From NCBI GenBank assembly GCA_963422375.2, contig OY729428.2, positions 224,001 through 288,000 of the forward strand: 64,000 nucleotides of DNA, in the 5' to 3' direction. Shown here in pieces: positions 1-12,144 of this stretch. Origin of the DNA: Bryobacterales bacterium. Its GTDB lineage: Bacteria; Acidobacteriota; Terriglobia; Bryobacterales; UBA6623. The notes beneath the pieces were generated by a model. It had not been told where the DNA came from. It ran no database searches and saw nothing but the letters and a program-made list of their open reading frames with translations. The position numbers and the translations under genes were made by a program. How positions within the stretch are numbered: position 1 is the first letter of the stretch; each line of letters begins with the position of its first letter.

Positions 1-446
1 TCCCTGCTTGAGCAGGCCCGGGACGAGAATGTTCCACAGCTGCATGCCGGGACGACCGACAGCAGGGTTGATCCTGCCGGACTCGCCTGCGGAAGGATCG
101 CTTCCGTTCCCGCCGTTTCCGCTACTCTTTCCGAGGCCGAGGATACGGCTCTCGAGCAGTCCGAAAACCCTGTCCCGCAACTGCTCGGTGCGATAGATGA
201 ATTGTATTCCTAGCAAGATGGCCGGGATATCGTCGCGGGAACGGACGTCGAGATCGATATCCTCGATTGCAGTCCGGCCAAGGGTGAGCTGGATCTCCTG
301 AACGGTCCTCACGGGCGGTTCCTCAACGAAGATTGTCGCACAACCCCCGGAAACGCGCAAGCCGGCCCCGATCGCCCCGATCTTCGTCCCACGGACCTGC
401 TGCAACCGCCCGGAAACTAAGGGCTTGCGCGTTCTGTCACAAGCAC
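1..446 (-). mobile_element. ISNCY-type IS copy 1 (left end and transposase 5' part, truncated by window edge)
   Basis: Near-identical to the reverse complement of 30896-31350; ends in the terminal IR gttctgtcacaagcac at 431-446; flank aaacta is the reverse complement of tagttt. Confidence 0.9.
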
Positions 447-549
447 AAACTATCGACAGCAGGACGCAAAGAAACTGCGGGCCGACGGCTACCGCATGCG
501 GGACATGGTGCGGTATGTTGTCAGCAACAAGCTGTTCCTCGAGAAGTAG
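447..549 (+). pseudogene. 3' tail of a DUF1592/DUF1588/DUF1585-type gene cut off by IS copy 1
   Basis: Reads ...RADGYRMRDMVRYVVSNKLFLEK*, resembling the DUF1585 C-terminus; lies directly upstream of a DUF1552 gene, the usual partner. Confidence 0.6.
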
Positions 550-582
550 GTTGAGGAGCGGGCACGGTATGCAGAGGCACAC

Positions 583-1922
<1,340 letters not shown>

Positions 1923-2549
1923 CACCCGGATTTGACGCTAGAGTGCGGGCGGGCCAGCGCAGTGCCCGAGCCTCGGCTAGACGCGGTGCCTCAGCAGACC
2001 CCCTCCATCCAAGGACAACCTGTTGAGGCAGCACACCTAGGTCGACCGCCAGCAGGTCCATGCGTCATGCCGATCTGGAAAACCACTCGGCAAAGCTTGG
2101 CCTGCGAGAGTTATCCTGCCCAGCCATTGCCTCCTTGCGCCGGCACAATGCCCACTTGATCTGCTCCCTTCGGCACTCAGGTCTATAGTCCCCAAAGGAT
2201 TTCAGCTCTCGCGGGCAGACCGGCTCGAACGCAAAGGCGGACGGGCCGCCCGCGCCCGGTCCGTTGCTCGACACCGAGCGTGCCGCCGGTCAGGACTGGC
2301 AGCGGCCAGCCCGACGGCCGCCGGAACAGCCGCTGAATTGGCGGAGCGGCTGACATGCCCAGCCGAAGGCCTGGGGCCGGCCTCGCAACTCTCGGTCGGT
2401 TTCCGCGCAAGAGCTTGGCGGATCGACTGAAGAGAATCCGCACGCTGCTGCAGGCAACACTGCACTGACTGCACGGCACCGGCAGGCATGCCTTTGGGCG
2501 GGCGCCAGCGCACCTTCATGCCGGAACCCTGCGCCAGCAGTGGCGAGAT

Positions 2550-3974
2550 TCAGGCGAACAGCTCGTCCACCGGAGCGTACGCGTCCTCGTCAGACACGGG
2601 CACGTAGTGGAAACCCTGTCCGAGCGGATCGTCTCTCCGCACGGTGGTCCAGTCGATGCCCATCGCCGAGTAAATCGTCGCCTCAATGTCTTCGGCCCGG
2701 ATGTCGCGATCGCGATGCCAGCCGGGCTCGGTCGTGAACGCTCCAGGACCCCTGCCGCCCTTGTCGTTGGTTTTGCCGATCACCTGCCCGCCCCGGACGC
2801 CTCCGCCCGCCAGCACGTAGAACATCTGCAAATAGTGGTCGCGCCCGAAGCGCGAAACGGACAGCGGACCGGGCGTGCGCCCGAACTCGCCGCACGCCAG
2901 AACCAGCGTTTCGGAAAGCTTTCCGCTTCGGTCCAAGTCCTCGATCAGGGCAGCGAACGCGGGGTCGAATTCCGCTGTCTGCCTGTAGATGTTGCCGAGG
3001 TCCGGGTCGTCGTCCAAGTAGATGCCGCTATGGTGGTCCCATCCGAATGACTCAACCTGGATGAAGCGAACGCCTTGGTCTTGCTCGACAATCTTCCGCG
3101 CGACCAGCACTCCATCGCCGAATTCAGTGCCGCCGTACCGCACGCTCTCCTCGGGCGTGAACTGGAAGGCAGCATCGACGGCCGGATTGAACATGAGCGC
3201 CCGAGCCCCTTGGTAGAACCTCCCCAGGCTGGAAGCCACTGCACCGTACGGCGATTCCGGGCCGCGCTTTTCGCTGTCGAGATCTTGCAACAGGCTCCAG
3301 CGCTCGTCAAACAGCTCGCGGCCCCCGGGATGAATCGAGCTGATAAGACCGTCCGGCGAGGCGTGAGCTCGAAACGGGCCGAAATCCGCCGGGAAGTAAC
3401 CCGCGCCCGCTACATCGCGCGCGCCTAGCGAGATGAAAGCCGGGAAAAGTTGGTCAGGACGCCGCGCGGAACCCTTCTCGAGTGCGACCACGCTCCCGAT
3501 GTGCGGGGCGATCTGCCCCCTGGTCGTCGTGGGGTTGCGTCCGATCTGGACCCATTTCTGAGCGAGGGGATGCGCCCTCGCCCATGCCAGTCCCGAACGA
3601 ATGATGGCAATCTTGTCGAGGATCCGCGCTGTGTTGCCCAGCAGGCCGGTTGGGAGGGTTACTTCGCCGAAGGATTCGGGGGCGAAATTCCTTGGCGTGA
3701 CGTTGCGAACGTGCTTGAAGTCGAACGTATCGACGTGGCTCGGCGCCCCCCGCAGGAACAGAAAGATGACGCACTTGGCCGTGTTGCGAGGCGAGACGGA
3801 ACCCGCGGCCACTGTCTCGCCCCGAGCCGCGCTGTCGGCCAGATAGTAGCCGGCGAGACCGGTCGAGACGTGACGGAAGAACCGTCGGCGCGACAGGTGG
3901 GGCCGCTCGAAAAACCACGGATGTTGCGGCTGCCGCCTCCGGACAACTCGCTCGAATCGCTCTCGCTCGGTCAT
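2550..3974 (-). CDS. DUF1501 family protein (Tat-type, sulfatase-like fold)
   Basis: SRRRFF twin-arginine motif; IFLFLRGAPSHVDTFD, GWDHH, GEFGRTP and GRDH motifs. Confidence 0.9.
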   Translation of the reverse strand: MTERERFERVVRRRQPQHPWFFERPHLSRRRFFRHVSTGLAGYYLADSAARGETVAAGSVSPRNTAKCVIFLFLRGAPSHVDTFDFKHVRNVTPRNFAPESFGEVTLPTGLLGNTARILDKIAIIRSGLAWARAHPLAQKWVQIGRNPTTTRGQIAPHIGSVVALEKGSARRPDQLFPAFISLGARDVAGAGYFPADFGPFRAHASPDGLISSIHPGGRELFDERWSLLQDLDSEKRGPESPYGAVASSLGRFYQGARALMFNPAVDAAFQFTPEESVRYGGTEFGDGVLVARKIVEQDQGVRFIQVESFGWDHHSGIYLDDDPDLGNIYRQTAEFDPAFAALIEDLDRSGKLSETLVLACGEFGRTPGPLSVSRFGRDHYLQMFYVLAGGGVRGGQVIGKTNDKGGRGPGAFTTEPGWHRDRDIRAEDIEATIYSAMGIDWTTVRRDDPLGQGFHYVPVSDEDAYAPVDELFA

Positions 3975-3992
3975 CGCCGCTCCAGCCTTCAG

Positions 3993-6101
3993 TCAGTAGT
4001 TGACGTAGAACTCGGTCATGTTAAAGAGTGCCCACATCAGGCTGCTCGCCCGTCGGCCGCGCTTGCCCTCTTGCAGGTGGACCACGCTACGAACGAGTTC
4101 GTCTTCTGTTGGATGCCTGCTCAACACGCGCAGGAACAAGTCCGTCACTAGTGCGTCGTCGGCCAGCTTCAACGACTCTAGAAGGCTCCCTTTCCGAGCC
4201 ACCCGGTCCATGACGAACGGGCTGTTCATCAGGTTCAGGGCCTGTAGCGAGCTGCCCTCTTCGCCACGCGATGTCCTATCGCGGTCTCCGGGAAGGAATG
4301 AACGCAGCAGTCGGCGCACTTCAAGACTGCTCCCGCCGCCCTTCGGGACGCCAACTACATCCGGCAGCTGCATAGCGAAGCGCAGGCCCTGCAAATGAGG
4401 CGACGCCCTGTAGGAAACGGCGTGACCGCTGGCGATCAGCAGTGCGTCGTGAACTTGCTCCGCCGTGAGGCGCTTGACCTGATGGCGGACGAAGTAGCGT
4501 TCGTAGAGGGGATTGAACAGGCCCTCGTATCGCGAGGAGAGCTGGTATGCCTGCGAGGTTGCGATCTCCCGTAGCAGCCACTTCAGATCGAACCCGTTCG
4601 AGCTGAATCCCTTCGCAAGCCATTCCAAAAGATGCGGATGCGAGGGCTGAATCTCCCAGCCCTCGGGCGGCGGGGAGCCGGGATCGAGCCGGGCTAAGTC
4701 GAACTGGTCGGGTGGCTCGACGATGCCGCGGCCGAAGAGCTCGTGCCAGACGTAGTTCACCGCCGCCCGCGCGAATTGCGGGTCGGCGGTCAGGTGCAGG
4801 CCGACCTGCTCCCGCAGCCGCAGCGCCGGATCTGCCAACACACCGCCTCCGAACGGGTACGCAGACAAGACTTCTTGCTCCGCGTGCTGGCGGTCGGGAC
4901 GATTCCCGCCAACCGTTTGCGCAAGATACATTCCCGCCGTGTCTCCGGCCCAGGTCCGGTTCAGCTGGCCCGGCTCGAGATCGCGGATGGTGTAGAAATG
5001 GGCGACCGCCCTCTTGCCGGTCTCCGGATCCACCGGCAGGATGGCCTTCGCCATCCGCCACTTCTTGGGTCTGGGGATGTCGGAGAAGAATGCCGCCAAG
5101 CCCCATCCTTCGACACGCTTGGCCTTGGCACCCCAGACGCTCACGGCGTCCAGATGGCCCGCGCCGTCATGACAAAGCACGCAATCCAGCGCCGAGACAC
5201 CGAGAAAGTCGCGTGCAGTGACAAGCGCCAGCGAGTCATAGGTGTCCTGGGCGGGCCCGCCGGGCATCAAAGCGCCGACGACGTAGCCAACCGGGGACGC
5301 CACGACCGGATTCTCCTCGTAGTTTTCGTAGACCGACCGATAGTGCTCGAAGCTCGCGAATTCGTCCGGATAGACGCGGCCGTCCGAAGTCCCTTCTGCC
5401 GCCAGCATCTCGCGAGCGAGCGCGTCGTACGGCTTGTTGGCCTGCAGCGAATCCAACAGGAAAAGGTGAAACGCATCTCGGCTCGCGGGAAAGCGATTGA
5501 CGCGCACGGTCTTGGCTGTGTTGCGGAACAGGTCGCCGAAAAACAACGCCCAGCGATCAGCCCATTCGGGAGTTTGCAGGAGGGCATCCACCAAGCGCGC
5601 ACGCTTATCGGCGGAGGGATCCGCTAGAAACGTCTCGACCTCTGCACGGGTCGGTATGCGGCCCGTCAAGTCAAGGCGCACACGCCGCAGAAATTCGCTA
5701 TCGGACGTCAGGTATGTCAGCGGAACGCCCACCGTGTCGGCGGTCTTCCGAATGCAGTCATCGATTCCGGCACAGGGTCCGCCGTCTCCTGCAATCGGCG
5801 CGACCACAGGTGCAGGAAGAGCGCTCCGGCGAGGCTCCGGCATTAGCGAAAGCGCAGCGAGCGTATCCTTCGTCCGCAGGTGCATCGCGGCGAAGTCGCT
5901 GGCAGCAGGAGACGCAGGAGCCGAATAGGCGCATGCCGCGTGATTCGGAAACGAACCGTCCGGCGCTTCCCAGTCCAACTCGTGCTCATACGCGAGGGCC
6001 GGGGCAGCCGCTGTGACAAGCGCAAGCACAGCGCACAAAGATATCCAGCAAGGCATTGCGTGGTCCCGCCGTCCTCGTGTCAAGCATACTATATGTCCCA
6101 C
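3993..6101 (-). CDS. DUF1549/DUF1553 domain protein with CxxCH motif
   Basis: EFLRRVRLDLTGRIPT, CVLCHDG, GRGIVEP, HPHLLEWLA, RLTAEQVHD and LQALNLMN motifs; signal peptide; true start may be the Met at about 6056. Confidence 0.9.
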   Translation of the reverse strand: MGHIVCLTRGRRDHAMPCWISLCAVLALVTAAAPALAYEHELDWEAPDGSFPNHAACAYSAPASPAASDFAAMHLRTKDTLAALSLMPEPRRSALPAPVVAPIAGDGGPCAGIDDCIRKTADTVGVPLTYLTSDSEFLRRVRLDLTGRIPTRAEVETFLADPSADKRARLVDALLQTPEWADRWALFFGDLFRNTAKTVRVNRFPASRDAFHLFLLDSLQANKPYDALAREMLAAEGTSDGRVYPDEFASFEHYRSVYENYEENPVVASPVGYVVGALMPGGPAQDTYDSLALVTARDFLGVSALDCVLCHDGAGHLDAVSVWGAKAKRVEGWGLAAFFSDIPRPKKWRMAKAILPVDPETGKRAVAHFYTIRDLEPGQLNRTWAGDTAGMYLAQTVGGNRPDRQHAEQEVLSAYPFGGGVLADPALRLREQVGLHLTADPQFARAAVNYVWHELFGRGIVEPPDQFDLARLDPGSPPPEGWEIQPSHPHLLEWLAKGFSSNGFDLKWLLREIATSQAYQLSSRYEGLFNPLYERYFVRHQVKRLTAEQVHDALLIASGHAVSYRASPHLQGLRFAMQLPDVVGVPKGGGSSLEVRRLLRSFLPGDRDRTSRGEEGSSLQALNLMNSPFVMDRVARKGSLLESLKLADDALVTDLFLRVLSRHPTEDELVRSVVHLQEGKRGRRASSLMWALFNMTEFYVNY

Positions 6102-6125
6102 CGTACAGTCGGAAGCAGGTACTCG

Positions 6126-6377
6126 CCTTGATCCCCGCTTAAGCAGCCGGAAATCGCGAGAAAACCTGGTTTCGACAGATTTTCGGGATCAGACTGGCAA
6201 TTCCCGCACAATCACCAGACTGACGCACCCGGTCCAAGACCGGTTTCCGGGGTGTCGCCGCCCACCACGCTCGCGGCAAGCCCCGGACGCCTCCGCAGCG
6301 CCCGCTCCTAGCGCTCTCTGTCCGTGCGGCCTGCCCTCAGGCCGGTTCCAGCTGGCCTGCCGCGTGCAGCAGCCAGT
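6126..6377 (-). mobile_element. IS1380-like right-end remnant (inverted copy of 8878-9161)
   Basis: About 250 bp matching the reverse complement of 8878-9161, starting ccttgatccccgcttaagcagccgg. Confidence 0.75.
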
Positions 6378-8136
6378 CAGCGATTCTCAATTTGGGCATT
6401 TTGGGATTTCCAGAGTGTCTGAGAAAGGTGTCGAAGGCAGTCTCGCACTTGACTCTTGCTTGCGGAATGTGTGAGCTAGGGTGTATGCCCCATGTCCTGG
6501 ACTCGCTGCTGAGCGCCTTCCGCGAGACGGCCGCCGGCCTGCCCGACCGGCGCGACGGTCGCAGCAACAAGCGCTACGAGGTCAGCGACGCCGCCGGTTG
6601 CGCCCTGGTGCGCCCCGGCCTGCTTCTGCACCCGGTGCGAGTCGTTCCTCGCGTTCCAGCGGCGCATGGAGCGGGACGGCTCCCGCTCCAACTGCCGGAC
6701 CCTGTGCGGCGCGGGCCGCATCCCCTGCGACAACCGGATCCGCAACTTGCTCGACGACCTCGACCCGGCCGCGTTCGACCCGCCGTTCCGGCGGTGCCTC
6801 GCAACCGTGGCCGCGCAGGGCGCGCTCGAGCCCTTCCAGCGCCTCGACGAGCGCCTGCCGGCGGCTCCGGACGGCGTCCGGTTCCACCGCTCCGACAGGG
6901 TGCATTGCCCGCAGTGCTCGGTGCGGCGCGTCGGCCGCGAGCGCCGGCCGCATCACTTCCGCACCATGGCCGTCGGCCACCGCGGTGGCCGACGGCCACG
7001 CCACCGTCCTGCCGCTGATGCCCGAGTTCGCGTGCCCGCAGCAGGACGCGGCCGCGACCCGCGCCGACATGAGCGAGGACGCGCGCAAGCGGGACTGCGA
7101 GCGCAACGCCGCCAAGCGCTGGATCGCCGCTCACGGCGCCTGGCTGCAGGCCTGCCGCCCCGTCCTGCCGCCCCGTCCTGCCGGGCGACGACCTGTACTG
7201 CTGCCAGCCGGCCTGCGAGGCCGCCGCGGCGGCCGGCATGGACTGCATCCGGGTAGGCAAGCCCGGATCCCGCAAGCCCTTGTACGAGGTGCCGGAGAGC
7301 CGGCGGGCGAGCGGCGCGGTGCGCTCGACCGGCTGGCTGCCGCGGCGCGGGAAGGGCAAGCGGTGCGAGCGGCACCGTTTCCGCCGGACGGCCGCGGTGC
7401 CCCTGCGCCAGGGCCGCGACGCCCTGCAGGGCACTTGGGTCGAGTACGCCGTGGAGCGCGACGGCAAGCGCACCTGCGCCAACAGCTTCTTCACCGGTCT
7501 CGCGGTCACCGCGGACAACGCGGAGCCGATCGCGCGGGCCGGCCGGGCGCGCTGGAAGATCGAGAACGAGGGCTTCAACTGCCTGGCGCGGCACGGCCCC
7601 AACTTCAAGCGCAACTTCGGGCACGGCAAGGACGGGCTGGCCAACGGGCTGGCCGTGCCGAACCTGTTCGCCTTCGCGCTCCGCGCCGTGCTGCAGTGCG
7701 TCTGCGCGCTGTGGCAGCAGTGCCGGCGCCAGCCGGTCACGCCCCGCGCCCTGTTCCAGGAGCTGTTCCAGGAGCTGCAGGTCGCGCTGCGCTGGTTCCG
7801 CTTCCCGGACCGGCCGACGCTGCTGGCGGCGGTACGCGACGGACGCGCGCCTCCGGGCTGCCAGGCGGCCGGGCGGCCGGGGCCTGGACTCCGCGCAGTT
7901 TCGTGCCGGCAGCGTCCGGCGGGCGGCCGACCGTCGCAGCCGGCTACCGCCGGAGTGCGTCCGGCCGCGGGCTCGGCACTCCGCGGACCCGCGACGCGGG
8001 CCGCGCCACGGCCCTGCCCGCCGTCCGACGCTCCCGCGGGGCGGCCTCGGGAGCGCAACCTCTCGGTCAACTCATTCACCTCATCCTCCGAAACAACCTT
8101 CACGCACCCCCTTGACGGCCAAATTTAGAACCGCTG
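6378..8136 (+). mobile_element. Second ISNCY-type IS with frameshifted DDE transposase (about 6485-7900)
   Basis: 18-bp IRs cagcgattctcaatttgg / ccaaatttagaaccgctg (2 mismatches); motifs VHCPQC, KRDCERNAAKRW and GRARWKIENEGFNCL...NFGHG scattered over several frames. Confidence 0.8.
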
Positions 8137-8256
8137 CGCGACGACCCAGACATCCTTCTCCAGAAGATGCGCCTTGTGGCTGCTGTTCCGCTCCGCCACC
8201 TCGAGAGCGTCGCGCCTGCCGTCGGGCGAGAGATCCTGGAATCGCGTCTCAGCCAT
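8137..8256 (-). pseudogene. AbiEii-type nucleotidyltransferase toxin, N-terminal 40 aa only
   Basis: Manual translation MAETRFQDLSPDGRRDALEVAERNSSHKAHLLEKDVWVVA; LEKDxWV is typical of the AbiEii N-terminus; truncated exactly at the IS IR. Confidence 0.7.
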
Positions 8257-8460
8257 GCGCAAGACGCGCGCTCACCGGCTCCGCCATCCAGAGGGGCATG
8301 ACGGCCCGCGCGGCCGCAAGCTCTTCCCGATCCGCCTCGGAGAGCGTCGGCAGGACCGCTTCGAGGCCGTCTTCGACCTCTTCGGGGCCAAGCCATGCCA
8401 GGGCCCGGATGACGTCGCCCGCCTTTCGGTGCGGCGCCGCCAGCTGCCAACGCGGAGCAT
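8249..8460 (-). pseudogene. DUF6088/AbiEi-like antitoxin, C-terminal fragment
   Basis: Manual translation ...PRWQLAAPHRKAGDVIRALAWLGPEEVE...MPLWMAEPVSARLAHG*, overlapping the AbiEii start by 8 bp. Confidence 0.65.
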
Positions 8461-8479
8461 GACGCTCTCTAACACAAAA

Positions 8480-9161
8480 AGGCGTACGTGGTGGTGCGGC
8501 AGTTGTACGAAGGGGAGCGGGGGCTGCTGGAGCCGCGGTACACGGTGATGCTGGTCAGCCGCGACGATCTGCCGGTGGCGGAGCTGATGCGGGGGTATCG
8601 CAGCAAGCAGGGGCAGGAGAACGCGCAGAAGGGGCCGCTGACGGACTTGGGACTGCACCATCCGCCATGCAAGTCGTACGCGGCGCACCAGGCGTTCTCC
8701 TTGTGCGGGCAGATCGCGCCGTGGCTACTGCGGCGGCTGCAGTACCAGCTGCTGCCGGGGGAGGCGCGGCGGCACGGCCTGCGGCCGCTGATCCGGCACT
8801 GCGTGCGCACGGTGGGGCGGGTGGTGCGGAGCGGGCGGCGGCAGAAGCTGCTGCCGAGGCGCGGGAACCTGCGCCCGGACTGGCTGCTGCACGCGGCCGG
8901 GCCAGCTGGAACCGGCCTGCGGGCAGGCCGCAGGACAGAGAGCGCTAGGAGCGGGCGGCGGTGGGGCGCTGCGGGGGTCGGTGCGCGTGTGCGGAGGCGT
9001 CCGGGGCTTGCCGCGAGCGTGGTGGGCGGCGACACGCCGGAAACCGGTCTTGGACCGGGTGCGTCAGTCTGGTGATTGTGCGGGAATTGTCAGTCTGCTC
9101 CCGCAAATCTGTCGAAACCAGATTTTCTCGCGATTTCCGGCTGCTTAAGCGGGGATCAAGG
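8480..9161 (+). mobile_element. IS1380 family remnant (transposase C-terminus and right end)
   Basis: YRSKQGQENAQKGPLTDLGLHHPPCKSYAAHQAF resembles the IS1380 Y-x3-G-x2-EN-x2-K region; ends gcggggatcaagg. Confidence 0.7.
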
Positions 9162-9418
9162 ATGCCTACGGCGTGCGCGCCTAGGCGATCATGAGAGTTT
9201 GGCTCGGCGGGTGTCGCGCTTCGGCATTGAATGGGCGGGCATACTGGCGTCGGAAGGCCCGGAAGCCGGACGAGCGGATGCTGCCGTGCAACTTCGGTAG
9301 CGGGCGTGAATTCTGCAGGAGAAATGCCACGTTCCTGACCATGCAGCAGCTCGACCGCAGCGACTCCGACCAGCGCTGGGGCGGCTACCGCCACATTCCG
9401 GTAGAAAGGAGCCAGTTG

Positions 9419-9688
9419 ATGACGCAGCACGGTCCGACCCCTTCGTTAATCGGCGGCACCCTTGGTGCCGTCACATTTGACGTCACAGGCAGGAGAGCCG
9501 AGCGGCGGCGATGCGAGGAGGCGATGCCGAAGGGCATGGCGTGCATTCGCGTGTCGAGGCCGGGGAAGCTGGGGGCAGGCAGGGCGTATTGCGCGAGTTG
9601 CTTCGTCGAAGTAATTGACGATTCACAGCGGAGGCTCGACGAACTCCGATTGAAGCTGCGCGTCCGGACATGCGTTTCACCTGCGTGA
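9419..9688 (+). CDS. small hypothetical protein, possible degenerate Zn-binding domain
   Basis: RBS-like aaggag upstream; MTQHGPTPSLIGG...RRCEE...YCASCF followed by a helical tail. Confidence 0.4.
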   Translation: MTQHGPTPSLIGGTLGAVTFDVTGRRAERRRCEEAMPKGMACIRVSRPGKLGAGRAYCASCFVEVIDDSQRRLDELRLKLRVRTCVSPA

Positions 9689-9871
9689 GACGGAGATGAG
9701 GATGGCGAGAGAACAGGGGCGCTCGGTGGAGCAGGGGCACCATTGGGACGGGCCGGACGCCGGGCAGTCCAGAACCGTGGCCGAGGGGGTGGGCGGGACG
9801 GTTCCAGTGCCATCTTTCCCCGTCGACGGCCGTCTTGACGGCCCCGTGGGAGGGGACGGAGGGGGCGTCCT

Positions 9872-11873
9872 GTGAGCAATCAAGATCTGCACTGGATCGC
9901 CAATTACATCTGGGGCATAGCCGACGATGTCCTTCGCGACCTGTATGTCCGCGGGAAGTATCGCGACGTCATCCTGCCGATGACCGTGCTGCGCCGGCTC
10001 GACGCGGTGCTGGAAGGCAGCAAGCAGAATGTGCTCGACATGAAGGCCGTGCTGGACAAGGCCAAGCTCGTCGAGCAGGACGCGGCGCTGCGGCACGCAG
10101 CGGGACAGGCCTTCTACAACACGTCGAAGGTCACCCTGCGCGATCTGCGCGACCGCGCCAGCCGACAGCAGCTCGAGGCGGACTTCCGCGCCTACCTCGA
10201 CGGGTTCTCGCCCAACGTCCAAGACATCCTCGACAACTTCGAGTTCCGCAACCAGATCCCGCGGCTGTCGAAGGCGGATGCCCTAGGCACGCTAATCGAA
10301 AGGCTCACCTCGCCGGACGTCAATCTGAGTCCAAGTCCGCTGAAGAACGCCGATGGCTCCGTCCGGCATCCCGGCCTCGACAATCACGGGATGGGCTCGA
10401 TCTTCGAGGAGCTGGTGCGCCGCTTCAGCGAGGAGAACAACGAGGAGGCCGGCGAGCACTGGACTCCGCGCGACGCCGTGCGGCTCATGGCCAAGCTCGT
10501 CTTCCTGCCCGTGGCCGACCGGATTAAGTCAGGCACCTACCTGCTCTACGACGGCGCCTGCGGCACCGGCGGCATGCTCACCGTGGCCGAGGAGACCTTT
10601 CGGCAGCTCGCGGCCGAGCGCGGCAAGGTCGTCTCCACGCACCTGTTCGGCCAGGAAATCAACGCCGAGACCTACGCCATCTGCAAGGCCGACCTGCTGC
10701 TGAAGGGCGAGGGCGAGGCGGCCGACAACATCGTCGGCGGCCCGGAGCACTCCACGCTCGCGCGCGACGCCTTCCCGTCCCGCCAGTTCGACTTCATGCT
10801 TTCGAACCCGCCCTACGGCAAGAGCTGGAAGACCGACCTGGAGCGCATGGGCGGCAAGCAGGGCATGCGCGACCCTCGCTTCGTCATCGAGCACGGGGGC
10901 AATCCGGAGTACTCGCTGGTCACCCGCTCCAGCGACGGCCAGCTGCTCTTCCTCGCCAGCAAGCTATCGAAGATGAAGCGCGGCACGCCACTGGGCAGCC
11001 GCATCGCCGAGGTGCATAACGGCAGCTCGCTGTTCACCGGCGACGCCGGGCAGGGCGAGAGCAACATCCGGCGCTGGATCATCGAGAACGACTGGCTGGA
11101 GGCGATCGTCGCTCTCCCACTCAACATGTTCTACAACACCGGCATCGCCACCTACGTCTGGGTGCTCACCAACCGCAAGTCCGAGCGCCGGCGGGGCAAG
11201 GTGCAGCTGATCGACGCCACGAGGCGGTACCGGCCGCTGCGCAAGAACCTAGGCAAGAAGAACTGCGAGCTGGGCGAGGAGGACATCGCCCTAATCTGTG
11301 ACGCGTTCCTGGCTTTCGAGGAGTCCGAGGAGAGTAGGATCTTCGACAACGCCGCCTTCGGTTACTGGAAGGTGACGGTGGAGCGACCGTTACGAATCGA
11401 GGGAGCCGACGTGAACCGCGTCTACAAGGCGGCTGAGATCAAGGAGCTGAAGGAGAGCGGCAAGCGGAGCGAGGCCCCCCCCCCCCCCGCCGGTCATTCG
11501 GAAGATCCACGGGCGGGCAACGGAGGCCGATCCGTTGCGGGGCCTGTTCTCCGCCACCGTCAACGGCCGGTCCGCTGTCGTGGAGTACGCGTCGGACACC
11601 GATTTGCGAGATACCGAGCGGATCCCGCTGCAGGAGGATGGCGGCATTGAGGCGTTCCTGCGGCGCGAGGTGCTGCCGTACGCTGCCGACGCCTGGTACC
11701 GGCCGGACAGGGTGAAGGTGGGCTACGAGATCAGCTTCACGCGCTACTTCTACAAGCCGAAGCCGATGCGGACGCTGGCGGAGATTCGGACGGATATCCT
11801 AGCCTTGGAGCGAGAGACCGAGGGGCTGCTTGCGGAGATTCTGGGCCACGGCGAACCGGCATCGACGCCATGA
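9872..11873 (+). pseudogene. hsdM: Type I RM methyltransferase HsdM, frameshifted at a C14 tract (possibly phase-variable)
   Basis: GEHWTPRD, YDGACGTGG and NPPY motifs; C-terminus (DTDLRDTERIPL...VGYEISFTRYFYKP) lies in a second frame after the tract. Confidence 0.9.
11475..11488 (+). repeat. C14 homopolymer in hsdM
   Basis: gagg-C14-gccggtc; C13 or C16 restores the frame to ...PPVIRKIH. Confidence 0.9.
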
Positions 11874-11901
11874 GGGCGGGCGGGCGCAACGGGAGCGACC
11901 A

Positions 11902-12144
11902 ATGACTGACAACCCAGCGGAGGAGTCGCGGGCGCAGTCGGCGGAGATCATCTCCGAGGTTTCAGAGGCGGTCGAAGGCCGGTTCGACGCCAGGGCGCTC
12001 GGACACAGCATCTACACCCAGGGAGCGAACTGGGACGATCTGAAGCAGATGGCGACAGACACCGTGCTCTGCCACGTCGATGAGAACGGGGCGTCGCGAG
12101 TGATCCGCCTGCACCTGGTCCGGCAGGAGGTTTTTGGTGTATGA
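11902..12144 (+). CDS. HicB-like antitoxin
   Basis: 80 aa; ARALGHSIYTQGANWDDLKQM...IRLHLVRQEV; ATGA overlap with a HicA-like gene. Confidence 0.7.
   Translation: MTDNPAEESRAQSAEIISEVSEAVEGRFDARALGHSIYTQGANWDDLKQMATDTVLCHVDENGASRVIRLHLVRQEVFGV

Noticed and set aside
1923..2549. Long intergenic gap as ncRNA or small gene (also 17929-18423 and 53225-53885)
   Set aside because: No recognisable RNA motif or convincing ORF by eye; an Infernal/Rfam scan would be needed.
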